Of a stretch of DNA of 64,000 nt, positions 32,401-39,038 are shown in pieces; positions within the stretch are counted from its first letter, which is position 1, and each line of letters starts with the position of its first letter. The stretch is from a virus. Lineage: Duplodnaviria; Caudoviricetes. The stretch lies in the IMG/VR virus record IMGVR_UViG_3300031784_000006; one strand, 5' to 3'. Made by a program: the position numbers and the translations under genes. The notes beneath the pieces were generated by a model that saw only the letters and a list, made by a program, of their open reading frames with translations, did not search any database and was not told the origin of the DNA.

Positions 32401-32855
32401 AAAGAACTGAGATTTACAACTTTAGATTGCTCTAAATGCTCAGTTATATTTGTTGATGAAAAAATTAGATTTCCTGAATCATAAGATGAAACTCCACTAA
32501 ATCCTCTGACACACTCTTCAAAAGTTGTATTAGTTTTTGACTTATATGTGATTATTTCGTCATCAATTTTTAAAAGTCCATACGAATCCGGAAATCCTTT
32601 GGTTGATACAACTTCGATACTAGTATCAATCAGAGTGGTTTTTGATGTTGTAACGGTACTTGTTGTTAAATTAGTTAAATTATCAAGTTTTATATATTGA
32701 TCTATATTATTAAGTATGTCAAATGCCTCACCTTTATTTTCTTGTGAAAGGTAATATGTAGATAAAAACTCTTCAACCAGAGGAAATTCTTCCTTAATAA
32801 AATCTGGTAATTGATTTTCGATTACAGAACTAATTTTAACTCTTGTCTTTACCAT
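20487..32855 (-). CDS. 4122-aa baseplate protein (VrlC / gp7-like wedge initiator)
   Basis: Lies between gp6 and gp8. N-terminal VKISSVIENQLPDFI and FIKQAKDFYSSKGTD.SFKILFKALYG; HSPIIGWAYDGNPIYGPYGY; repeated HG..TG..VVY and I..GG.GY modules. Confidence 0.85.
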   Translation of the reverse strand: MVKTRVKISSVIENQLPDFIKEEFPLVEEFLSTYYLSQENKGEAFDILNNIDQYIKLDNLTNLTTSTVTTSKTTLIDTSIEVVSTKGFPDSYGLLKIDDEIITYKSKTNTTFEECVRGFSGVSSYDSGNLIFSSTNITEHLEQSKVVNLSSLLLGEFFNKVKSQFTPGFENRTLYSGLNENLFIKQAKDFYSSKGTDQSFKILFKALYGDEIKVIKPRDYLFIPSNSDYRVVKRLVVEVLENEEFVNDVLNRTIYQDETQTSQKAFGSINNIEKILRGEKEYYSISLDYTPDSETSEQGEFSIHPITKVTSQVSIGSSVIDVDSTIGFPDQGTLVAKLKNGSSLVITYKSKSLTQFYECSGISQTIPPKQDIRIDSYAYSYAGVGTSNIVKFRVTGVLSDLNINSNTKLFSENDIIKIDTLGEDETQFAANNWFFNIPINYDVESVSLVDISSFSYTFKTFEDNFLRIGDKIVIHLTNGPSINSSVISIINSKSFNVSGQGQIDASRVYSVEKILSKSKFKNFPNSKIYTSDVQNVYGDRKGTYLISASSLPNYFDLDLETTNGKNVFSGSYKQQEELEIGTHYFLTGNSVIYVPNSELIENNLFDADFNKELEERIYFVRKISSTKIKLARSRENLYKNSYIKVSGTAIDNVIIDSEFYNKDLQSQKLLKTIKEPQDTVEKYETKPGTTGILINGVEILNYKSKNNIFYGPIEKINVLSSENDYDIISPPVLSIEDSVGVGANGYCGIEGDLDSIQIINGGFNYLQPPTITISGGGGSGAKVESELISYEYKIPFDSTDFSGLVNLTNNTIGFSTFHNFQDSEAIVYKTKNQQAIGGLTTESTYYASILDDSTIKLHTTSDDAFAGINTVTLTSYGVGIHEFSSAIFKKKIGLVKVIDKGTGYKNRKISVFPTGIITSSNTVYAPEHGYKTGEIVVYNATEQEIVGLSSGKSYYVTEVDENSFKLSRVGTSSTIGIGSAVVGLSTNNDFYFATNQYENFKTTGSGKHTFNYEPITVNITGVIGVSTLTSHKLDATLQPIFKGEIKSVFIETGGFNYGSEDIINFNRQPNFTLKTGKNAQLFPIVSSGKISQVLVFNGGTEYNSPPSLEIVSDGKGSGAILTPIVSDGQIKEVKVIDGGTGFSTSITINVIPSGSGCNLQSVTKTWKINLVERDITLNSISDDDGIIIDSDNGLQYTHTYPPRSLRRIVGRGSNINSVESFIPDLILNSGQEILSNIHSPIIGWAYDGNPIYGPYGYSSNEGGPIKLLKSGYSLIEKSNRPNKSDYPLGFFCEDYEYTNSGDLDQFNGRFCITPEYPNGVYAYFSTINDSSIEFFDNLRNYRKPIFPYFIGNEFKSLPIEDNFSKKINQDTFDLNTGKYLRNTYPYKLKSSRSRYDFILDSNKIKPQNSSVKRIKRGEIDFIGINSSGIDYRVGDRIIFDNTLTGGGQGASYEVSLLKGKEINQVSSSTTSITNVEFIPSNFIERGLIVGFSENPHGLSDFDIINVTGINTFGSFLNGSYRVGVRTDILTLISSVDTPSSTGIVTYFDVGGAIFYPYLRENDILGIGSEKVKVLNIEPELTRIRVLREYDNSVGSAHTISSLIKQESRKFEFRVGIISSIYSPSYNRQIYFNPNDSIGLGTVAGVGIGYTLSFSNPGTGRTSLFIPTKTIFLPDHNLYTGDSLIYSNGGDTSISISTDGTSSFQLENNQVVYAAVVNDNLIGIATNPIGIGSNGNFVGINSEVTTSTLYFTGIGTGVLHSFKTNYNDIILGKIEKNLVTVSTSSTHGLETNNSISLTCLSKNTVTHIIKYNSYNKRLVANPKEFLSSDVDIATDTITILSHGYENGQKLIYTSNAPVGGLVDNEIYYAVVIDGNNIKLSKTFYDSKLSEPICIDLTSQSFGVLSAVNPKISVFRNQVVEFDLSDSSLSHLINSIPSSSFDFDFYTDSDFKNIFNTSKFTNSFEIKKSGRIGISTDAKVTLYVSDNIPKSLYYTLKPVSSNTNIENNIKIIADSVNILSNNHISVEESGFSGNNIISGITSTTFSFNIAKRPEVSSYLSSEAVLSYVTNSFTAKGPIDSFRALSRGSQYKSLPKIVSISSSEGKQAIISPYSDNIGKIVVSEIEDVGFDYSADKTIRPTVKLPQVLKVDTLLSFNFIGISSFGKNYTKSPDLIVIDSVRGEVIDDVDLRYNLEDKSITVVRDTAKLSDSYPIILPINNSNGIGINSITFNETTKDVTVSLATTYTSLSDYPFEVGDEVLIEGTNVGTASTLKGYNSSAYNYSLFKLTSVNPNLGGTSTVTYNLADKLSSNELPGIFDASTSYGNIVPKKFFPTFNMDLLYNNFFTNEEITSDSVKATIFDWNFSSKILKVYGNGNFKVGDIIKGSSSNTHGIIKSVDNYVGDYTIGASSIVKEGSKNETGFLNNNYQKIHDSDYYQFFSYSIKTKIDYNQWDDVVTSQNHTLGFKKFGDLIVESSTDSFSGISTEQDFGDFVGISDYSETIDFETVNDFDFAKEKTIKINSQVLSSELILKNVEASNYLQSVNNRVLAVDNISDQFNSEERSTVFSVTNTFKRNSNRSKKYIVNAYDRRFSGEKQTSLVTILHDDNFALLNQYAKVATVSDLGSFDISFIGDEANLLFYPNQYQTNDFNINFVSYDLIDSSLGISTLSFGDSVKIESVESTILPTTIGETEIVSISTSYSFAKILLQISSKTDNYYEYNEISLINNGNQFEFLEYGQFNNSAEAESSVGLGTYGISYSGSTLILSFTPNNDLNSEYITNALVFSLSDSVTSTDSIKLNTNLLKSSSVSIASTPSPQEKVVSSYDKRDFDSSYYIVCVSDRNNNRKQMSEVIVVSNTTDSHILEYGRIITDENLCQISSKITGDNVELCATPLANTSLEIRVFETTLGLGITNPGSSSPINLGAASLNVGSSIYNSTSSTVKRQFNLEYNRLPIFQREFEADNPNIVNLLDNTIKIPNHFFVTGEKVNYTYEGELSSPIGIAETSFVGVGATDKLSTELYIIKINDSTIKLASSAENALKEVPNPINILSVGVGSAHKLTSTNQNTKSLITLDNVIQSPVVSTAITASTTAQILISDDIIRLSGVSSIFAGDILKIDNEIVKIKTVGYGQTNSVLVNRAWMGTGISSHSQGTLATKLFGSYNIVNNTINFIDPPFGPTPFTSNKPNEVDWVGITTYSSFGGRIFLRSGFQGTSEEAYSTNYILDDISSGFNGIKTDFILKSNGNDVSGIVTSNGILLINQVFQTPQRLTFPNPIVGNYLLEESAGITTIKFNDGELNSTYDINSSNVPKGGIIVSVGSTKGFGYQPLVSAGGTPIISVGGTIQSISIGNSGSGYRAKSYYNIESFTNSNISIGSTLIYIENKNSIFKILEKLSNQSNFEIGIGTYITNANIVSIGSSFVTIGIGSTSQYQIPQETQVSIKVNNPSIGFVNVGIASSSSGISTVTHIGFATISNGSIVGPIEITNVGFGYTTSNLPTVIFDNPISYSNIPLVYSNASSLGFGTGATIDIVVGQGSSIIDFEIKNFGYGYGQGEILTVDTNNITGIPTSNQFSEFNITIEKTLSDTFSGWSFGDLKLFDSIDDLFNGSRRIFSLKVNNSIVSIKSKLGSPIDIQSCLLVFLNNVLQVPGNSYTFDGGSSISFSEPPKVGDICTILFYEGTSSVDVVPVTPIQKIKIGDSVQINDDTFNFLSQDSRTVTDILSVDSIRTNNYGGPGITENESLLRPMTLYRQREDIFVNGKEVTKDRIQIEPLIQPTTNIIQTVSLASTEIHVESVRTFFDSKKEYITGSEPQNKIIIVSQDNIISAAATAIISPVGIVSSILITEGGSGYDPQAVPDITIQNPIGFGSEFAPRVRTIVSAAGTVSSVNIDFVGSGYTTTKPPIVLIEPPSPVTEVIDNITYKGDFGTIVGYGQTMVGIQKYKIFDLYIPDDSTLRDQSIVGIAITISQIEVGDYFVIKDSVVSISTDSYPSYRNDGSLIGISTQFIDSIYQVSNIQILNSNIIGIGTTYIKRVFVKSDDSSSVGLSTIGLGSSTITFDSTYYTWDYFDTSSLTSYSTIYYGGEYTWGKLTDINRINPKQFNSYGINGITTSASVIRVNPLKYNNYS

Positions 32856-32856
32856 T

Positions 32857-34764
32857 TTATTTTCTTATGAGACTTCCGTTAGTGTAACTTGTAGATGGGG
32901 TGTATAAAGAAGCAGAACTATCATATCCAGTTTCAATTTCATCCAACTTCATTTTTAAGTTTACCTTACTAATATCTAGTTGCAAATAAAGATCCTGTTT
33001 TCCAATAACATCATTTGAAAGAGGTATTGCAGAAATTTCAATTACTGGTTTTTGATTTACTTTTTTTGCAGTAGATAGTATGTTTATTGGTGATAAATTA
33101 ATTTCTCCTTTGACATAATCAATCGTACCAACAGATCTTTTTGCAATGATAGAATCTGTTCCATTTATAGTAGCAAAAAGAAAAATAGTACCAGTTTGAT
33201 TGTCCGCATTTGGAAAATCTCCAAGATAAACTAAATCTTGAATTCCCAAAACATTAAATCCCGAAGACTTAATGTTATATCCTTGTGGATTTTTTATGTA
33301 AAAACTATTACCAAAACAAATTTCATACTCAGCTAACTGGTTTGTGAGAACATTCAAATCTCTTCTAATATTAATTAGAGTAATGTTTGAGGTTATTGAC
33401 TGGTGACTATCATCTATAATTTTTTGAAATTTACTGTATTTGAACTTGGCACCATACCTATTTAATTCTGTTGAATTTGCATATAAATTTATATTGTTTG
33501 ATATAATAGAACTAACAAAATTTGCATCGGGTGCTAAGTTTGCATTGTAATTTGCTGTAATATCTGCTTCAACATAAACGTATTTTAAATCTATAAATTC
33601 AACAACAATTCCAGCAACACTATAATCGCGTAATTTCACCTTTAAATTATTTTTTATAGATTGTGGTACAAAAGTACCATTATATGGTTTTATGCTAATA
33701 AATATTTTTCCAAATTCTGGAGGGTCTAAGGTTTCTCCACCATACACTGATATTGATTGAGTTTCTGGATATAATCTTGGAACTATAACCTCATAATCAG
33801 ATGCAGTAACAGCTCTATTTTGCGATGCATAAAATCGAGATGCATATTTTTTAATTGAGTTTACTGATTCTATTTCTTGCCCACCACTAGATGCGGTGTT
33901 AGTGGTTATTAAAGAAATTCCTGAAGTAACGGATAACCCAGAATTATCGAGTATTCTTCCATTAAATGTAAATGAAGATACCCCATTTGCAGATTCTGCA
34001 TTAGTTATTATGCAAGAAACTTCAATATAATTTGAATTTTCTAATTTTTCGCCAAAAATTCCATCACCAAAAATTAGTTCATATCTCTCATCTTCAACTT
34101 CTTGAACAAAGAATATTCTTGATGATGAAGAAACTGAAAATAAATTATTGGATTGGACAAATTTTCTTGAGACGGTGCTAGTTTGATTATTTCTTACTGA
34201 TACTGATATTAAAGATGTATCAACATTTGGGTTTGACAAGATAAATCTTTGATTTGCAATGTCGGCCGAAACCGTAAATGTATCTACTACATAATTCCCT
34301 TCATAAATTTCAATATCTTCAAATAAAGCAATCCCATTTATCACAGGGACTGTAACATCATTTAAAATACAAAAAGAGTATCCTTGGTCTCCTATTGTTG
34401 GAGTAGTTGCAACTACCCCTTTTTTTAAAGTTAATGTTAGAGGATTTGTGTTAAAATCCGTGGTATCTACGAAAAATGAAATATTAGCTCTAGAAGCAGT
34501 TCTTGACTTTGGCACATAACCAACGTTTCTTGCAAGAGAAACAACATTTTCTCTTAATGTTGCACTATCAATAAAAACCTCATTGCTAAGCATGTTAGCA
34601 TTATATGAGGATATGTATGTATTATATGCTAAAGTATCAATTAATACTGATAAATTTGAACCCTCAAAATTATAATCAGTAAAATTTGAGTTCGATCTTA
34701 GATAATCTTTAATCGAAGTTTTTATCTGATCAAAATCTAAATTTGTAAAGTTTGCTAATGGCAT
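32857..34764 (-). CDS. gp6: Baseplate wedge subunit
   Basis: LDFDQIKTSIKDYLR, FTDYNFEGSNLS, YASQNRAVTASDYE. Confidence 0.96.
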   Translation of the reverse strand: MPLANFTNLDFDQIKTSIKDYLRSNSNFTDYNFEGSNLSVLIDTLAYNTYISSYNANMLSNEVFIDSATLRENVVSLARNVGYVPKSRTASRANISFFVDTTDFNTNPLTLTLKKGVVATTPTIGDQGYSFCILNDVTVPVINGIALFEDIEIYEGNYVVDTFTVSADIANQRFILSNPNVDTSLISVSVRNNQTSTVSRKFVQSNNLFSVSSSSRIFFVQEVEDERYELIFGDGIFGEKLENSNYIEVSCIITNAESANGVSSFTFNGRILDNSGLSVTSGISLITTNTASSGGQEIESVNSIKKYASRFYASQNRAVTASDYEVIVPRLYPETQSISVYGGETLDPPEFGKIFISIKPYNGTFVPQSIKNNLKVKLRDYSVAGIVVEFIDLKYVYVEADITANYNANLAPDANFVSSIISNNINLYANSTELNRYGAKFKYSKFQKIIDDSHQSITSNITLINIRRDLNVLTNQLAEYEICFGNSFYIKNPQGYNIKSSGFNVLGIQDLVYLGDFPNADNQTGTIFLFATINGTDSIIAKRSVGTIDYVKGEINLSPINILSTAKKVNQKPVIEISAIPLSNDVIGKQDLYLQLDISKVNLKMKLDEIETGYDSSASLYTPSTSYTNGSLIRK

Positions 34765-35165
34765 TATCGTGTAGGTTCTAGAGCGAACGTTAGTTGTTGT
34801 GATGGCACATCAATGCCTATAATGTTGTATATAATAGTGACATTGAATTCATTATTGTCATAATTGGGAACAATAATGGTATCGAGCAACTCAACTCTTG
34901 GTTCAAAGTTTACGATAGTGTATTCAATTTCATCCTTCAATGCAATTGCAGTATTTTCATCAATATTTTCAAATAAAAATCTAGATACTCTGGAACCAAG
35001 ATTTTGATTATAAATTCTCTCTCCATTTACTGTAAAAATCAAATTTCTTATGGAACGAGAAATCGCTGTTTCATTATTAAGTGCAATTAGATCATAATTC
35101 AATGGATTTGTAAGAAAAGACATACTCAAATCCTTAAAGCCTTGACTTGTCCTTTCTAAAGGCAT
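34764..35165 (-). CDS. gp25: Baseplate wedge subunit
   Basis: FKDLSMSF..NP, SIRNLIFT..GER, IVNFEPRVEL. Confidence 0.95.
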   Translation of the reverse strand: MPLERTSQGFKDLSMSFLTNPLNYDLIALNNETAISRSIRNLIFTVNGERIYNQNLGSRVSRFLFENIDENTAIALKDEIEYTIVNFEPRVELLDTIIVPNYDNNEFNVTIIYNIIGIDVPSQQLTFALEPTR

Positions 35166-35188
35166 AAGAATAAAAAATAAATCTATCT

Positions 35189-35196
35189 TATTTATT
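35189..35196 (-). promoter_or_regulatory. Late promoter AATAAATA upstream of gp25
   Basis: Exact motif 23 nt upstream of the ATG. Confidence 0.65.
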
Positions 35197-35446
35197 AAGG
35201 TTTTACTTCATATACGGGTTCTGTACCATAACTCCAGTCATCATAATCTTCATCATTTCGTATTTTTGAGTGAATTTCATTTTGGTAGAAAAAATCATGC
35301 TTTTTGGGAGTTATTTCGTCGTTTGCAATCTCACGAAGCATTTTTTGCTTCTCTATTTTGGTCTCCCAACCATATTCACTAGCTAAAAATTGAGTTCCCC
35401 ACTCATTTTTCATGAAATTTTGGTCTTTATCAACTTTTTTAGTCAT
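35195..35446 (-). CDS. Hypothetical protein
   Basis: ORF track; coupled to the upstream gene. Confidence 0.75.
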   Translation of the reverse strand: MTKKVDKDQNFMKNEWGTQFLASEYGWETKIEKQKMLREIANDEITPKKHDFFYQNEIHSKIRNDEDYDDWSYGTEPVYEVKP

Positions 35447-36122
35447 TTTTTGCTCCTGATTCGTTAAAATCAGAACTTTTTACGGGGTTGCTATCCCGAA
35501 TTTTTGTAATTTCGTACATAAAATCGTCTGAAGTTTCAATTTTGCGACGATTTTCGACTGAATATTCGGTTAAATCAATTTCGTATCCTGGATTTTTGGT
35601 AATTCTGTTCTTAGTCCATGCATCATCATACCATAAAATTTTATTATTTGGGTATGCATAAAAATTACCATCGTCCATCTTAAAAAAATGAGCGCATTTA
35701 TGCTCTGGAGTCTCACTAAAGTTAGTGTTCAGAGTTGATTTTGATTCCCATGACCAATCAAGAGTGAACATATACGTTCCTTCATTCTTTTCTCCTCTAT
35801 AATTAATAAGTTCCGCACGTAAGTTAGCAAGTCTTGAACGTACTTGAACATCAATATAAGGAGAAAAGCAATCCCACCACATACATTCTTCCAATTTTGG
35901 AACTGGTGCGTCTGGCTTCCAACAAAATGCATGAATAGGTCTTCGAGTCCAGTTCACCCCATTCTCTAAAAATGCCTCAAAGAGGGGTACGTGCTTCTCT
36001 AAGGACGCTACGGAATGCATGTCGCATAAAGTTACCTCCCCATAACCTTTTTTATGATTATAAAGAAATTCATTACGAATGTAACAAGTAATTGTGGGAA
36101 GATTGTGATTTAAATATGCCAT
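35439..36122 (-). CDS. Conserved cyanomyovirus hypothetical protein (227 aa)
   Basis: YLNHNLP, WDCFSPY, EHKCAH, GNFYAYPNN motifs seen upstream of gp25 in related phages. Confidence 0.8.
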   Translation of the reverse strand: MAYLNHNLPTITCYIRNEFLYNHKKGYGEVTLCDMHSVASLEKHVPLFEAFLENGVNWTRRPIHAFCWKPDAPVPKLEECMWWDCFSPYIDVQVRSRLANLRAELINYRGEKNEGTYMFTLDWSWESKSTLNTNFSETPEHKCAHFFKMDDGNFYAYPNNKILWYDDAWTKNRITKNPGYEIDLTEYSVENRRKIETSDDFMYEITKIRDSNPVKSSDFNESGAKND

Positions 36123-36132
36123 AAATTTATAA

Positions 36133-36158
36133 TAAAAAAGCAGGAATTTCTTCCTGCT
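36133..36158 (-). terminator. Intrinsic terminator
   Basis: GCAGGAA-GAAA-TTCCTGC followed by a T6 tract on the minus strand. Confidence 0.8.
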
Positions 36159-36167
36159 CTATCTATA

Positions 36168-36308
36168 TTATTTTCCTTGTCCGCGATACCTTTTCTTACG
36201 TCCATTACGAGAGGTTGCACTGAGTAGTGTACGAGAAGAACGACCTTGACGAGTCTTCTTCGGTGCTCCGGCTTCGAACACAGTCTTATTACTTCCACCT
36301 TTAGCCAT
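36168..36308 (-). CDS. 46-aa highly basic protein
   Basis: Hand-translated MAKGGSNKTVFEAGAPKKTRQGRSSRTLLSATSRNGRKKRYRGQGK. Confidence 0.75.
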   Translation of the reverse strand: MAKGGSNKTVFEAGAPKKTRQGRSSRTLLSATSRNGRKKRYRGQGK

Positions 36309-36456
36309 CGTTAATTTCCTCCAGTTCAATTAAATTAGGATCAACATCTTCATCCGAGTAAAAACGCTCAGATAAGTCTTGAATAACCTCAGTACATTCT
36401 TCTGCACTGAGGTCTGTATAAATTTTACGTCCTTTGTAAAGTACGTTGTATTTCAT
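36301..36456 (-). CDS. 51-aa acidic hypothetical protein
   Basis: Hand-translated MKYNVLYKGRKIYTDLSAEECTEVIQDLSERFYSDEDVDPNLIELEEINDG. Confidence 0.75.
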   Translation of the reverse strand: MKYNVLYKGRKIYTDLSAEECTEVIQDLSERFYSDEDVDPNLIELEEINDG

Positions 36457-37223
36457 TAGATTACGCGAGTTTTTTCGTGTCCAACTCTAATACGAGGATC
36501 GCACCAGATTTCAAATCCCTCTTCCTTTGCATCAAGACAGAATGAAACATCTTCTCCACACATATCTTGAACTGCTCCAGATTCAAAGACTTGCATCTTA
36601 GGTGCAAACCAAGGATATTCTAGATTTTCAAAGACACCATTCTTAATCATAACCCATCCAAAACCTGTATAATCAACAGTGAATGGCTTACGACGCTTGC
36701 TGATAGATTCTACAGTTTCATGATTCATCACTCCACCATTCTTACGGAAATCATCTTCCTCTAACCAGTGTGCGACAGAAGTTGTGTGACCATCTTCAGT
36801 TGCATACCAACCAGCGACAATTTCACGCTCTTCTCCTTCAGCAGGAAGAGCAACATCACAGAGTTGCCAGAATTTTTCAGTTGTAAAAACAATATCACTA
36901 TCAATCCATAGTTGATAATCATATTGTAGTTTTCCATCCCAAGGAATTTGCTTTGGTCCCCTTAGAACATTTGCTCCAAGTACCTTACAACGTGCAAAGT
37001 TTACCATTGATGAGTAATCTTGAGAAATTTGAATACTCATTCCATTTTGTACTAAATCAAAGCAAAGTTGTACAAATGCTTTGAGAAAAATAAATGAACA
37101 TCCTCGTCCAGGTAGACAGAAGACAATTGATTTACCTTTCATTCGTTCTTTAATTGCATCATAATCCCATTCTTGTTCTTTGGGTTTAGGTGCAGTAGCT
37201 TTAACAGTGAATCCTTTTGCCAT
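36456..37223 (-). CDS. Glycosyltransferase-like (GT-A fold) protein
   Basis: LWIDSDIVF (DxD), YTGFGWVMIK, GEDVSFC. Confidence 0.7.
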   Translation of the reverse strand: MAKGFTVKATAPKPKEQEWDYDAIKERMKGKSIVFCLPGRGCSFIFLKAFVQLCFDLVQNGMSIQISQDYSSMVNFARCKVLGANVLRGPKQIPWDGKLQYDYQLWIDSDIVFTTEKFWQLCDVALPAEGEEREIVAGWYATEDGHTTSVAHWLEEDDFRKNGGVMNHETVESISKRRKPFTVDYTGFGWVMIKNGVFENLEYPWFAPKMQVFESGAVQDMCGEDVSFCLDAKEEGFEIWCDPRIRVGHEKTRVI

Positions 37224-37282
37224 AAGTTAAAATAACCTTCAACATCAATTTTAACAGTCTATATATGCTTTTGTCAATTTAC

Positions 37283-37483
37283 CTAATGCGAAGAATTCAA
37301 TACAACTTCTTTGCTCAGAACTAGCTCTTCATACTGCAAATCTTCCCTACAAATATTCATATCAAGAAACTCAACCATTCTGTGCAACATCTCCCAGGTC
37401 TCAGAAAATTTTTCCTCTGATAAACTGTGATAGATGCACCTGTCCTTTGCATATATGTGATATACCTTCTCTTCTTTTCTCAT
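37283..37483 (-). CDS. Hypothetical protein
   Basis: ORF track. Confidence 0.7.
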   Translation of the reverse strand: MRKEEKVYHIYAKDRCIYHSLSEEKFSETWEMLHRMVEFLDMNICREDLQYEELVLSKEVVLNSSH

Positions 37484-37503
37484 AAAAAAATTTTCCGGAA
37501 TTT

Positions 37504-37650
37504 TTATTTAACCATCGCATTATATATCATTACTATCAGTACTCCAAGGGGCACTCCAATGATTCGGAATACCTTCCCCGGATACCGTATTAACCACCCC
37601 TCAAAGACAACCTTCCAAAAATTCCAATAGGGGGTTTTTTGTCTTCTCAT
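37504..37650 (-). CDS. 48-aa putative membrane peptide
   Basis: Hand-translated MRRQKTPYWNFWKVVFEGWLIRYPGKVFRIIGVPLGVLIVMIYNAMVK. Confidence 0.6.
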   Translation of the reverse strand: MRRQKTPYWNFWKVVFEGWLIRYPGKVFRIIGVPLGVLIVMIYNAMVK

Positions 37651-37799
37651 ACCTTCCGGAAAATTTTTAAGAGATTGATATAGCTCGGTCGATTTGTCAC
37701 CTCTGTAGGTTAGGGTAGTTTGGGTTTTTTATAACCGCAACGCCGCCGCGACGATATAAACGAACGGCGCAAAACACTGCCGAACCACTGTCATCACCA

Positions 37800-37845
37800 A
37801 GCATAACATAAGTGCCCCTCAGTGTCAACCAAGGGGCACACAGTT
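37800..37845 (-). promoter_or_regulatory. Sigma70-type early promoter overlapped by an inverted repeat
   Basis: TTGACA-17 bp-TATGCT; stem GTGCCCCT...AGGGGCAC; upstream AACTG. Confidence 0.75.
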
Positions 37846-37853
37846 AGACTATA

Positions 37854-38024
37854 TCAGAACGCGATTTCCTCCAGAGTAGGAATACCCAGAGCAGACTCAA
37901 GTTGCGGCGACTCGATATAATCAAAACCACTCACATTATCAGCAGTGAGTGCATCCAGAATGGACAGAATCTCGCTGCCAGTGTTACCTTGTGCCAGCAG
38001 AGAAAGAAGAACTTGCTTGGACAT
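37854..38024 (-). CDS. Small hypothetical protein (MSKQVLLSLLAQG...)
   Basis: ORF track 37854..38084; start moved to the internal ATG at 38024. Confidence 0.7.
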   Translation of the reverse strand: MSKQVLLSLLAQGNTGSEILSILDALTADNVSGFDYIESPQLESALGIPTLEEIAF

Positions 38025-38156
38025 AATAAAGAAGAAAAGTGTTGTGAACTGTGTGTTGGGTGAGAGTGTCCCTAGTCCTCTCATTGTAGCAGTTGTGCTA
38101 CTTCCTGGAACGTGCCTAGTTTATACTCATGCGACAGGAGTGAGTGTTACTTAAGA

Positions 38157-38414
38157 CTAGAAATCAAACACGTCAGAGTTAATCTGAATCACGTTAACTT
38201 TCGGGTCCTTGAATGATACTCCATCAGGCGTCTTTAGTGAGTTGAAAGAACACGCCTCTAGTGCATCTACGAAGTCTTCATAGTTACCTGCTTCCATCGC
38301 AAGGTGATACAAACCCTCATCATTGTTAATCCAGAGAGCAACATTCCAGGTCTCATAATTCTCCCAACCATTATACTCAGTGGAGAGAATGTTGCGTTGA
38401 TAAGTGGTAGTCAT
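38157..38414 (-). CDS. Hypothetical early protein
   Basis: ORF track; GWENYETWNVALW; directly downstream of repeat copy 1. Confidence 0.8.
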   Translation of the reverse strand: MTTTYQRNILSTEYNGWENYETWNVALWINNDEGLYHLAMEAGNYEDFVDALEACSFNSLKTPDGVSFKDPKVNVIQINSDVFDF

Positions 38415-38432
38415 CTGTGAGTGGTTGTCCTT

Positions 38433-38462
38433 ACACTATGGGGACAATCTCAGGGGCCCAAT
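38433..38462 (-). repeat. 31-bp cassette/promoter repeat, copy 1
   Basis: acactatggggacaatctcaggggcccaat. Confidence 0.95.
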
Positions 38463-38485
38463 AATACTCACTCAGTCGGTATGAG

Positions 38486-38659
38486 TTACCACTTATCAGG
38501 ACGGCTGAGGTCTTCCACATAAGCTGACACACGCTCAGCTGGTTCCAATTTGAATACTTTATCCCAGTCAAGTTGATGCGGGTCGAAGTCTTCGAAGACC
38601 TCAAGCTCTAGAGTGACCCTATAACGCTGCTTCTGGGCTTGGCGATACGCAACCGACAT
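38486..38659 (-). CDS. 57-aa hypothetical protein
   Basis: Hand-translated MSVAYRQAQKQRYRVTLELEVFEDFDPHQLDWDKVFKLEPAERVSAYVEDLSRPDKW; has its own promoter. Confidence 0.75.
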   Translation of the reverse strand: MSVAYRQAQKQRYRVTLELEVFEDFDPHQLDWDKVFKLEPAERVSAYVEDLSRPDKW

Positions 38660-38688
38660 AAGTGTGCTCCGTGAGTGTTACTGTGGCT

Positions 38689-38717
38689 ACTATAAGATGC
38701 TGGGGGCAATGTGTCAA
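38689..38717 (-). promoter_or_regulatory. Sigma70-type promoter (leftward)
   Basis: TTGACA-17 bp-TATAGT. Confidence 0.8.
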
Positions 38718-38791
38718 GACCTTGGGTGTATTTATGAGGGGTGTTGATATTTTATGAGGGTGATTGTGGGGATTTGGAAACGTCGGGGTGC

Positions 38792-38820
38792 TTGACATTT
38801 TGGAGAGTGTGTGATAGCTT
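38792..38820 (+). promoter_or_regulatory. Sigma70-type promoter (rightward, into non-coding DNA)
   Basis: TTGACA-17 bp-TAGCTT. Confidence 0.6.
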
Positions 38821-38840
38821 GCACGCAAAGATCACAAGAC

Positions 38841-38925
38841 CTAGAAGGATTTAAAAGGCATAAGTTACGGGGTCTAGAAGGATTTAAAAGGGCTTTATTC
38901 CACAGATTCCACAAGCTTTTCCACA
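38841..38925. repeat. Two 18-bp direct repeats and three TTCCACA heptamers
   Basis: ctagaaggatttaaaagg at 38841 and 38874; TTCCACA at 38898, 38907 and 38919. Confidence 0.9.
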
Positions 38926-39012
38926 AGGCTGTTGAAAACTCAGCTATATTTAAAAAAGGCTTTATTAAACGTTTTAATACATTTTTGACACTAAATCACG
39001 TTTTTAGGCATT

Positions 39013-39038
39013 AAAAAAGAGGGGTTAGATCCCCTCTC
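39013..39038 (-). terminator. Intrinsic terminator
   Basis: AGAGGGG-ATCTAA-CCCCTCT followed by a T tract on the minus strand. Confidence 0.85.

Noticed and set aside
20487-32855. The 4122-aa protein as a novel giant or a fusion artefact
   Set aside because: Multi-thousand-residue VrlC/gp7-like proteins between gp6 and gp8 are normal in cyanomyoviruses.
38619-39014. ORF-track entries 38619..38828, 38732..38926 and 38811..39014
   Set aside because: They overlap promoters and repeats, have repetitive translations and no protein-like features; the region is better read as non-coding.
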